From: an uncultured Aminicenantes bacterium
GTDB taxonomy: Bacteria; Acidobacteriota; Aminicenantia; UBA2199
NCBI GenBank assembly: GCA_965195285.1
Contig: CBDAFS010000027.1
Coordinates: 1 to 28,315, forward strand
Direction: 5' to 3'
Length of the DNA stretch: 28,315 nt
Part shown: positions 9,024-17,200 of the stretch, in pieces
Numbering within the stretch: position 1 is the first letter of the stretch
Layout of the letters: each line of letters opens with the position of its first letter
Notes under the pieces: model-generated
Seen by the model: only the letters and a program-made list of their open reading frames with translations
The model's database searches: none
Told to the model about the DNA's origin: nothing
Translations under genes and position numbers: made by a program

Positions 9024-9103
9024 GAAAAAATTATTACCAAAAAAGGTTTTAAAGTCAACCGCTTAATAAAATTTTGATTTTAACGAATTTACAAAATTAG
9101 AAA
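9024..9103 (-). promoter_or_regulatory. Orphan promoter-like segment homologous to the dch promoter region
   Basis: Minus strand TTGACT (9058-9053), 17 nt, AATAAT (9035-9030); aligns by eye with 3582-3663, including the upstream operator-like segment. Confidence 0.55.
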
Positions 9104-9177
9104 TTTAATTCTAATTATTCCATCTCAATTTGAATAATTTCAAGTTACTTATCTCAAGCATCTCTGAAATAAATAAT

Positions 9178-11826
9178 TCAATTTATTAATTCATCTGATT
9201 TACTTAAACATTTTTTGGATTTTTTTATATTCCCGACTTTTTTATATGCTTCTCCCAGATTTTTCCAGTATTCAGCACAATCATTTTTTAAATTTATTGC
9301 CATTTTAAAATGCTCTATAGCTTTCTTGAATTCACTTTTTTCGTAATAAATAATTCCAATTCTATTCCAAGCGTCATGGTCTTTTTCGTTTATTTTAATA
9401 ACTTTTGTGAAGCATCTTTCTCCTTCATTATATGATTTCATATTGTGATAGACGCTGCCTAATGTAAACCATGCTTCCAAAAAATTTTCTTTTTGTTCAA
9501 TTGCTTTTTCACAATATTTAATTGCCTCAAGATACTTTTTGTTTATGTTATAAATATTTGCAATATTATTTAATATTTCTGGAGATTCTCCGTTTAACCT
9601 AATAACTTTTTGATAGCAATTTAACGCTCTTTTTAGTTCGTTTGTTTGAAAATAAATATCTCCCAAGTATCTCCATGCAGAATAATCTTTATTATTTATT
9701 TTAAGTGCTTTTTTTAATGTTAATATTGACTCCTCTACATATCCATGTCTGCAGAATTCAAGACCATTACGAAGTAAGTCTTTATAATTTTGTGTCAGTT
9801 TTATTGCTTTTATAAAACTTTTTTTTGCTTCAATTTTGTCTCCTTTTTTATCATACATAATACCTCTTCTATACCATGTTTCATTACATTTTGGATCAAT
9901 TTCAATCAACTGATTTATTACATTCACAGCTTTATCAATTTCATTAATAGATGAGAATAGAGAAAATTTATATTTTAATAACTCTGCATTCGATGGATCT
10001 AGTTCTGATGCAATTTCGAATGCTTTCAGAGATGGAATATTGTTTTTCATTCTTAGATTTATTATGCCGATTCTCAACCAAGACATGAAATCTTTTGGAT
10101 CTTGTTTTGTGATTTGGGTAAATATTTTTTGTGATTCCTTATACTTTCTTAATTGGAATAAAGTTTCAGCTTTCAGCTTAGCAGTATAGATATTATCTTT
10201 TTTTGATATATCGGCTTTTAAAAGGAAACTTAATGCTTCTTTATATTGATCTAGTTCGAAATAAGCTTTTCCTATCCATAAATAAATTTCATGGTCATCA
10301 TTAACAAGTTCTAGTGCTTGTTTCAAAATATCAATTGCTTTATTGTATTGATTCAATTTAAGTTTAACTCTACCATTTATTTTTAAAATTTTAAAAGATT
10401 TTGGTTCAATCAACAGCGATTTATCAAAAGCGAATGAAGCTTCTGAATAATTTTTCATTTTTTCAAGTAATGAACCTTTATTGAACCATGCTTCATACCG
10501 ATTAGAGTCAATTTTTATTGCCGTTTCGTATGCTTCAAGAGCTGCATCATTTTTTTTAATATCTTCTAATACTGTGCCTTTGTTTACCCAAGCATCATAA
10601 TAATCATTTTTTATTAAGATAGCTTTATTATATGCATTCAACTCTTTTTCAATGAGTCCTTGTTTTCCAAGAGCAAATCCTTTTTCAAGCCAAGCTTCAT
10701 GATTAGAAGGATCAAATTTGATTATTTGATTAAAAATTTCTATTGCATCTTTTATATTTCCAAGATTTCCTAAAACTTTACCCTTATTTAATAATAATTC
10801 AATGTCATCTTTTTTTAATGATAGAGTTTTGTTTAGGGTAATTAATGATTTTTTGTATTTTCCGATATAAGCCAGAAATAAACTAAATTCTTTTAAAATC
10901 TCAAAATCATAGGGAAAGATTTTTAGTACTTCAGTGTAAGATTGCTCAATTTCATTATTATTTTTTTGGAGTCGTAATAAATTGATTTTATTTTTCCAAG
11001 CAATCTTGTTGTTTGGATTCAATTCTAGTGCTCTGTTAAATGCATATATTGAATCTGAAACATCTTCTTTTTGAATTAATAGGAATCCTTTTATATTCAA
11101 TATCTCTGAATCATTTGGGTAAAAATCTTCTAAATCACTAACAATTTTCATTGCTTCTTCATTATTATTTAATACAGATAAAGTGAGTGATTTTAATATA
11201 AGAGCATCTTTATGATTTTTGTTTATATATAGTATTGAATTTAAAATTGATAAAATAGATTCATTATCTTTTTTTCCGAGTGCAAGAAAAGCTTTTCCCA
11301 TTAAGGCTTTAATTAGATTGTCTTCTTCTGTGAAAGTATCTTCACTTTGAATTTTAGATAATGATTTTCCGCCCATTCTAGTTGAAAGTAGATCTATGTT
11401 TTCATTAAATTTTTTAAATAAATCGTACTGTTGCCACATTGACAGTCTATTGTCTCCCCTATCACAATCTTCTAATCGTACAGGGATAATAATAAATTCA
11501 TTTTCAGGTTGATTATTTGCGATCTCAACAGATAAAGTCAATTCTTCATCAAGCATGGTTGATGTTTCCAAATTACTGATTTTATTTAGTGAGTTATTGC
11601 TTATACAAAAAATGAAAAACTTAGTTCTATAAATTGCTTTTTTTATTTGAGGTTTCCATCTACCAGGTCGCATAGATTTCTTGGAGAACCAAACATTCAA
11701 GCGTCTTTTTGTCAGCTCAGTGAATATTTTTTCTACAAATTTTTCATCTTCATCTGCATAACTCAGAAACACTAAATCTCGATCTGGAATTGAGTGCCTT
11801 CCCATTTTTGCTTTCAATTTTACCAT
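9178..11826 (-). CDS. TIR domain + long TPR array protein (putative immune sensor/effector)
   Basis: N-terminal TIR_2 pattern VFLSYADED...LNVWF...IKKAI..KFFIFCIS...EEL...IIPVRLEDC, followed by many 34-aa TPRs (AWxNKG..L....A...Y..A); very AT-rich. Confidence 0.88.
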   Translation of the reverse strand: MVKLKAKMGRHSIPDRDLVFLSYADEDEKFVEKIFTELTKRRLNVWFSKKSMRPGRWKPQIKKAIYRTKFFIFCISNNSLNKISNLETSTMLDEELTLSVEIANNQPENEFIIIPVRLEDCDRGDNRLSMWQQYDLFKKFNENIDLLSTRMGGKSLSKIQSEDTFTEEDNLIKALMGKAFLALGKKDNESILSILNSILYINKNHKDALILKSLTLSVLNNNEEAMKIVSDLEDFYPNDSEILNIKGFLLIQKEDVSDSIYAFNRALELNPNNKIAWKNKINLLRLQKNNNEIEQSYTEVLKIFPYDFEILKEFSLFLAYIGKYKKSLITLNKTLSLKKDDIELLLNKGKVLGNLGNIKDAIEIFNQIIKFDPSNHEAWLEKGFALGKQGLIEKELNAYNKAILIKNDYYDAWVNKGTVLEDIKKNDAALEAYETAIKIDSNRYEAWFNKGSLLEKMKNYSEASFAFDKSLLIEPKSFKILKINGRVKLKLNQYNKAIDILKQALELVNDDHEIYLWIGKAYFELDQYKEALSFLLKADISKKDNIYTAKLKAETLFQLRKYKESQKIFTQITKQDPKDFMSWLRIGIINLRMKNNIPSLKAFEIASELDPSNAELLKYKFSLFSSINEIDKAVNVINQLIEIDPKCNETWYRRGIMYDKKGDKIEAKKSFIKAIKLTQNYKDLLRNGLEFCRHGYVEESILTLKKALKINNKDYSAWRYLGDIYFQTNELKRALNCYQKVIRLNGESPEILNNIANIYNINKKYLEAIKYCEKAIEQKENFLEAWFTLGSVYHNMKSYNEGERCFTKVIKINEKDHDAWNRIGIIYYEKSEFKKAIEHFKMAINLKNDCAEYWKNLGEAYKKVGNIKKSKKCLSKSDELIN

Positions 11827-12163
11827 GTTGAGTCGCCAACTTCAATTAGACGGGAATAGGGATATTTGAATTGAAACTCTGAAAAAGAAATTTGAATAAA
11901 AATATCGATACAATATAATCATTTCTCGATTCAAGTAATAATAATATGTGTATTGCTATAGATTGGATTAATAATGCATCATAGTATAAACTAATTTAAA
12001 TTAACCAGAACGACATCGTTAACAATAAATGTTTTTTGATATCAGAATGAGAGAAAATAATTGATCTTTGTCATACAAAAAATGTAATATTCATTTTGTT
12101 TGAAAATGTATTTGCTATATGTTATTTTTAAAATTAAATAATATTAATTAAATAAGGGGAAAT

Positions 12164-12712
12164 ATGGAAAATAAAAATGATTCAATAATTTTTTGTGGTA
12201 ATTGTGGTCAAAAAGTATCATTAAAATCAAATTTTTGCTGGAAATGTGGCTCTAAAATAAATAGGGTAGATGAACAAAAAGAAATTGATAAGAAATTAGA
12301 TAATAATATTTCGAAAAATTTGGGAACAATAAAAATTTCAGAAGAAAAGGACACAAAACCGGAATTAAAAATCTATAATAAGAAAAAGAGTGATAATATT
12401 ATTTTTAAAATAGTAATTCTAATAATATTAACAATAATTTTGGGATTAGTTGTTAATTCTCCTGATTTATCAGTAATAACAAATATATTCAAAGGAAAAT
12501 TTATTGGAAAGGTTGTTAATATTACATTTCCTACTGAAAAGAGTGGGTGGTCAGGATTAGTAAAATCATATAAAGAGAATAAATATATAGATATTCAATA
12601 TATCAATAAATTTAATAAAACCCTTGGTAAAGAAAGCAGGCTGATTTTAAAAAATAGAAAATATTCAATAACAATAATAGCTGATAGCGTCAATGAATAC
12701 TTTTACAGATAA
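12164..12712 (+). CDS. Double zinc-ribbon, single-TM membrane protein
   Basis: FCGNCG...FCWKCG, then hydrophobic IVILIILTIILGLVV; AAGGGG RBS. Confidence 0.75.
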   Translation: MENKNDSIIFCGNCGQKVSLKSNFCWKCGSKINRVDEQKEIDKKLDNNISKNLGTIKISEEKDTKPELKIYNKKKSDNIIFKIVILIILTIILGLVVNSPDLSVITNIFKGKFIGKVVNITFPTEKSGWSGLVKSYKENKYIDIQYINKFNKTLGKESRLILKNRKYSITIIADSVNEYFYR

Positions 12713-12724
12713 TTTTATAATATG

Positions 12725-12812
12725 GGGGAGGATCTTTTGAAATTTTGTTTTTTTTAATTATTATTTATAAAAATGTATTTATGAAAAATCAAAAAAACAA
12801 AAAACCGTCCCC
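12725..12812. repeat. Palindromic element B2 (second copy of B1)
   Basis: GGGGAGGATCTTTTG...CAAAAAACCGTCCCC; about 7 differences from B1 over ~96 bp by manual alignment; starts 12 nt after the zinc-ribbon stop; both copies are followed by AAAGGT. Confidence 0.85.
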
Positions 12813-12832
12813 AAAGGTCTGACCTCACAGGC

Positions 12833-14431
12833 CTAATTGGAAATGGTTGTTTTGAGGAGTTGGGTGTCGCTGATGGTGGTGTAGAGATCATTGACATCCA
12901 CCACAACATTGTATTCCCCGTTTTTTAAGGCACTGATATTTAAATTAATATTTATATGAATATTTTTCCGGGTGGCCTTCATAATTTTTTTCTGGTCAAA
13001 AACAGATTTTCCCTGCTGGTCTTCAATTCGAATATGGATACGGAGTATTCCCCCGTCTTCTTTATCCATGTAGAAATCCGAAACATTAAACATCAGTTTG
13101 CCTTTTATCAGCCTCAGATTTTCAATATTAATGGGTTTTCCCTTGACCTGTTTTTCCTCAAGGTACTGGCCGAGGTAACCGGTTCTGAGGTTGGGGCTGT
13201 AAATCAATTTGTATTTGGGGTTTTTCAGTTTCACTTTAATTCTCCCCACCTTATCCGGATTGGCCGGGGCATAGGTTAAAATATAATAAATGTCTTCAGC
13301 CTCGACGATACGATCCAGAGCTTTTTCGAGTTTATTGGAAACCACCAGTTTTCCGCCGGTTCGCTTGGTGATGGCGCGCAGGCTGTTTTCCAGCTCACTG
13401 GCAACTTCCCGGTACTCGACATCCTGCAGCAGGGTAAAGAATGTGCTTTTCATGAACACCGAGTGAAAAGTGGTATCCACATTGTGAAATATTTTTGCCA
13501 CCTCGTCCGAGGGAAAATCCTTGGCCACACTGAGTTCCCTTTCAATTTCACTCAGTAGGCGAAATATGAGCCGTGAAAAAGTGATTAATTCCGGATTATC
13601 ACTTGTCTGCCAGGCTCCGATCAGCCGCCTGATCCGTCTCATGCTTTCACTGTTGATGAGAATATCGGGAAATAGCTCGAACTGGTAGAAATTGATAACC
13701 CACTTTTCTTTTTTGATTCTCTTCAAGAACCGGGCAAAATTGTAATACTTGTTGATGTCCGGAATCAGGTATTTCTTTTTATAATTTCTCCAGATCTCCA
13801 GAAATTTCTCCAGATAATTGTAAATTATAAAATGCAGTTCCATACCCCCCCGTTCCGTATTGATCAGTTTCAATTCGAATTTATGTTTTTCCACTTCCCT
13901 TTCAACTGCTTTTAAATGCATGAGCAATTTATTTCGTGCGTTCCGGGATACCTCTTGGAGGATTTTAGCCACTTTGGCTTTCACAGAAGGCTTATCATTC
14001 AGGAATTTAAAATAAGTGCTTCGGTCATTGGCAAAAACCAGGAGTTGATCAGCATCAGTCAAAATGGTATCGAATATATGATCCAGGCCTTTTTTTATAT
14101 CATCGTTGTAGTGGGTGAAACGGAATACCAGGACAAAGAAACGGGGTTCACGGGTCATGACCTGTTCGGCATTCAATTTCAACTCCTGGGTTTTGATCTT
14201 TTTTCGTTTCAAAATAAATCCGTGAATATCCTGTTGTTTTCCCCTTTCAAACAGTTTGAAATCGTTTTTGGTCAGGTTGTCCACCGGTTTACCCCGGTAG
14301 ACCACCCGCACCGGCACCTCGACATTGACCACCCTCACGGTTTCCTGAAGAATCTCGTCTTCCTGCTGGCCACACAGAAATCCACCCCATAGAAATGTAA
14401 TCATGAGCCATAAGCAGAATGAATTTTTCAA
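12833..14431 (-). CDS. Secreted VWA-related (Acidobacterial VWFA-like) domain protein
   Basis: Signal peptide; ETVRVVNVEVPVRV...PVDNLTKNDFKLFE N-terminal signature; L..ITKRTGG and YYILTYAP...IKVKLK C-terminal signature; TTG start with GGGAG RBS. Confidence 0.7.
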   Translation of the reverse strand: MKNSFCLWLMITFLWGGFLCGQQEDEILQETVRVVNVEVPVRVVYRGKPVDNLTKNDFKLFERGKQQDIHGFILKRKKIKTQELKLNAEQVMTREPRFFVLVFRFTHYNDDIKKGLDHIFDTILTDADQLLVFANDRSTYFKFLNDKPSVKAKVAKILQEVSRNARNKLLMHLKAVEREVEKHKFELKLINTERGGMELHFIIYNYLEKFLEIWRNYKKKYLIPDINKYYNFARFLKRIKKEKWVINFYQFELFPDILINSESMRRIRRLIGAWQTSDNPELITFSRLIFRLLSEIERELSVAKDFPSDEVAKIFHNVDTTFHSVFMKSTFFTLLQDVEYREVASELENSLRAITKRTGGKLVVSNKLEKALDRIVEAEDIYYILTYAPANPDKVGRIKVKLKNPKYKLIYSPNLRTGYLGQYLEEKQVKGKPINIENLRLIKGKLMFNVSDFYMDKEDGGILRIHIRIEDQQGKSVFDQKKIMKATRKNIHININLNISALKNGEYNVVVDVNDLYTTISDTQLLKTTISN

Positions 14432-14549
14432 TATGGTTCTCCCATTTTTTTTATAACCAATTCATTAAAGATATACGAAAATAAAAAAAAAAACGGAAAA
14501 ATAGATCTAAAAAAAAAATCGTTTAATGTTCAACCGGGGTGAATGATTA

Positions 14550-15692
14550 CTATTTTTCTTCTTTGGGTTTGGGCAGAACCGATTCGATGAGATCGCTATC
14601 AAAGGTCTTGGCCTGGGAGAGCAATTGACGGTATTTGATAAAATCAATGGTTCTCTGTCCGGTTATTTTCTGGGTATTGAAGGCGTTAAAACCGATATCC
14701 GCTTCCATGTTCATGTTGGCACCCAGCCAGTAGATTTGACTGCTCTTCTGCATATCCCAATAAAATTTCTTTTTGACCCGGATGCTTTCAATGGTGTTCA
14801 TCAGGCAGAGGAAGGTGGTGTTGGTCAGGGTCCAGTTCATTTTATCGACAAAGGCATCCATCTGGCTCCAATCGGTCTGGAGGCCCTTCAATTCGTCCTT
14901 GGCGGCCTTAAATGCCTCTCCTTTTTTAAACTCCCCGTAAACAATTTCGCCGTTTTCCACATACCGCTCGGTGACCACCCTGGGATCACGCACCCATTCA
15001 CCCTGGCTGTTCTTTTTGATGGGAATGGCCTTGGTGATCAATCCCATTCGCTCCATCTTGGCCGCACTCCACAACTCATTGGCGGTGGCCTGCCACATGG
15101 CCTGTTCCATGCTCAGGTTCCAGGGCAGGAAATCGGTTGATCCTCCGGTTGGGGTGGAACCGTGACGGGTTCCGGCCTGGCCGAATGAGGCCGTATCAGC
15201 TGCTACGGTAAAATCACAGGCCTGGCCAATTTCCTGACCACCGGCGATTCTCATTCCGTTGCAACGGCAAATAACCGGCTTGCGCGACTTTAAAATACCG
15301 TCGATCATTCCGGAAAAGAGATCCATGTACTGGGTATACTCCAGGGGTCTCCGGGAATAGTACTCGGCATACTCCTTGGTGTTTCCTCCCGTGCAAAATG
15401 CCCGGTCTCCGGCGGCTGTGAATACAATGGTCATCACATCTCTTTCCATGGATGCCTTATGCATTCCGGCGGTCACACCCTTGATCATCTGGGTTGTGTA
15501 AGAGTTAAGCTGGCCCGGATTGTTGAGGGTGATCCAGGCCGAATACAATCCATCAACCGTTTCTCCGGTTTCCGGATTGATCAGTGGTTTCTTCTCGTAA
15601 ACCGTACAGGGGGATTCTGTACCAAAGTGCTCATCACCGTATATCTGATGATCCTTGATTTCGTTGTCACGTGGTAACCAGTCTAATGCCAT
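14550..15692 (-). CDS. oah: 6-oxocyclohex-1-ene-1-carbonyl-CoA hydrolase (ring-opening, BamA/Oah)
   Basis: AWITLNNPGQLNSYTT, AFCTGGNTKEYAEYY and NGMRIAGGQEIG motifs diagnostic of Oah/BamA; 380 aa; AAGGAGG RBS. Confidence 0.93.
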   Translation of the reverse strand: MALDWLPRDNEIKDHQIYGDEHFGTESPCTVYEKKPLINPETGETVDGLYSAWITLNNPGQLNSYTTQMIKGVTAGMHKASMERDVMTIVFTAAGDRAFCTGGNTKEYAEYYSRRPLEYTQYMDLFSGMIDGILKSRKPVICRCNGMRIAGGQEIGQACDFTVAADTASFGQAGTRHGSTPTGGSTDFLPWNLSMEQAMWQATANELWSAAKMERMGLITKAIPIKKNSQGEWVRDPRVVTERYVENGEIVYGEFKKGEAFKAAKDELKGLQTDWSQMDAFVDKMNWTLTNTTFLCLMNTIESIRVKKKFYWDMQKSSQIYWLGANMNMEADIGFNAFNTQKITGQRTIDFIKYRQLLSQAKTFDSDLIESVLPKPKEEK

Positions 15693-15729
15693 GATGGTCC
15701 TCCTTTACATTCATTTTAATTTTTATTCT

Positions 15730-15759
15730 ATTTTAATCTGAAAAAGAATTCAAGGTCAA
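15730..15759 (-). promoter_or_regulatory. Possible promoter of oah
   Basis: Minus strand TTGACC (15759-15754), 18 nt, TAAAAT (15735-15730). Confidence 0.4.
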
Positions 15760-15772
15760 AAAAATCAGTCCC

Positions 15773-17200
15773 TCATTTTCTTGAGAATCTATTTTTTTTG
15801 GCGGGTTCCGGTGGTTTATTACCGGTTGCGGTTTTTAAAAAAGCCTCGACTTCGGGTATGCCTCCCTGAAAAATCAAATAACCGTTAAAGGGTTCCCTTT
15901 CGGTTATCTCGCTGCATATGGGAGTGAGCATGATTTCCTTGACCCTGTCCAGGTCATCGGTCTGACCCAGTGCCCATGCCAGCTTGATGTAGGCCACTTC
16001 CGGAAGCATGTTTTCTGTGGGTATCACACCGATTTTTTGCATGTCCCTGCCGGTTTCGTACACAAACATGTGAACAAATCCCCAGAGGGTCTGAACGGTC
16101 ATGTATATGGCCACTCCCGCCTTGCTGGCCCTTTCGATAGCCGGATACAGGGGTTTGTTGACATGACCCAGGCCAGTGCCGGCTATAACGATCCCGCGAT
16201 AACCGTTTTCAACCAGCGAGTCAATCATATCGGGATGCATGTTGGGATAATAATAGAGCAAAGTCACCCGTTCTTCAAAATAAGGATAGATATCAACCCG
16301 GCGGTCCTGACGCCGGCGGTTGTAGTCATGTCTCAGGAGAGTGATGTTATCCCTTTTGACCGTGGCCAGGGGAATATCTCCGATGGTCCGGAAGGTGGAC
16401 CGGTAAGAAGAGTGCATTTTACGAACCCGGGTTCCCCGGTGAAGGAGGGCATAATCATCCGAAGTGGTGCCGAACATACAGACCATGACCTCGGCAATAT
16501 CGGATTGGCTGGCAGTGGTAGTGGCATGGATCAAATTTAGAGCCGCATCCGAGGAGGGCCGGTCTGATGATCGCTGGGATCCAACCATAACAATGGGAAC
16601 CGGTGAATTCTGTATCATGAAGGCCAGTGCCGAAGCGGTATGATGCATGGTATCGGTCCCATGTCCGATAACAATGCCGTCAATACCCTGCCTGATCTCT
16701 TCCCCGATGGCGATGGCCAGGGTTTTGTATTGGTCAGGACCCATATTTTCACTGAACACGGAAAATAATTTTTCAGTAGTCAGATTGCAGATATCAGCCA
16801 GTTCCGGTACGGCACCGTATAGTTCTCCGGGTGAAAATGCCGGAATCACGGCCCCGGTACGGTAATCCAGCCTGGAGGCAATGGTGCCGCCGGTACCAAA
16901 AAGTTTGATGTTTGGCTTATCTTCGGATATGGGAAATTCCTTTTCCGGAATCTTGTAATGGGCCTCTTTGTAGCCCAATTCCTTGATATGGGTAATGGTT
17001 TGGATATCGATACCCACGTTGTATCCATTGCCCAGTTTCAGGACCAGGTGGATATCATCATCATACTCGGATCGGGGCAGAATGATCCCATGGAATCCTC
17101 CACGCGTGGTTTCGATGGAAACCTCGCTCCAGACCCGGACTTTATATTTCTTTAGTATATCCAATCCTCTGCCCTTGTATCCTTTGTAGAGATCGTTCAT
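15773..17200 (-). CDS. gatD: Glu-tRNA(Gln) amidotransferase subunit D
   Basis: GatD N-terminal domain (LKLGNGYNVGI) plus asparaginase-like motifs GTGGTIASRLDYRTGAV, HGTDTM, GSQRSSDRPSSDA and RKMHSS; 4-nt overlap with gatE. Confidence 0.93.
   Translation of the reverse strand: MNDLYKGYKGRGLDILKKYKVRVWSEVSIETTRGGFHGIILPRSEYDDDIHLVLKLGNGYNVGIDIQTITHIKELGYKEAHYKIPEKEFPISEDKPNIKLFGTGGTIASRLDYRTGAVIPAFSPGELYGAVPELADICNLTTEKLFSVFSENMGPDQYKTLAIAIGEEIRQGIDGIVIGHGTDTMHHTASALAFMIQNSPVPIVMVGSQRSSDRPSSDAALNLIHATTTASQSDIAEVMVCMFGTTSDDYALLHRGTRVRKMHSSYRSTFRTIGDIPLATVKRDNITLLRHDYNRRRQDRRVDIYPYFEERVTLLYYYPNMHPDMIDSLVENGYRGIVIAGTGLGHVNKPLYPAIERASKAGVAIYMTVQTLWGFVHMFVYETGRDMQKIGVIPTENMLPEVAYIKLAWALGQTDDLDRVKEIMLTPICSEITEREPFNGYLIFQGGIPEVEAFLKTATGNKPPEPAKKNRFSRK

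Noticed and set aside
8826-12812. B palindromes as integron attC sites or CRISPR repeats
   Set aside because: No RYYYAAC/GTTRRRY boxes, no integrase in the window, and no regular repeat-spacer array or cas genes.
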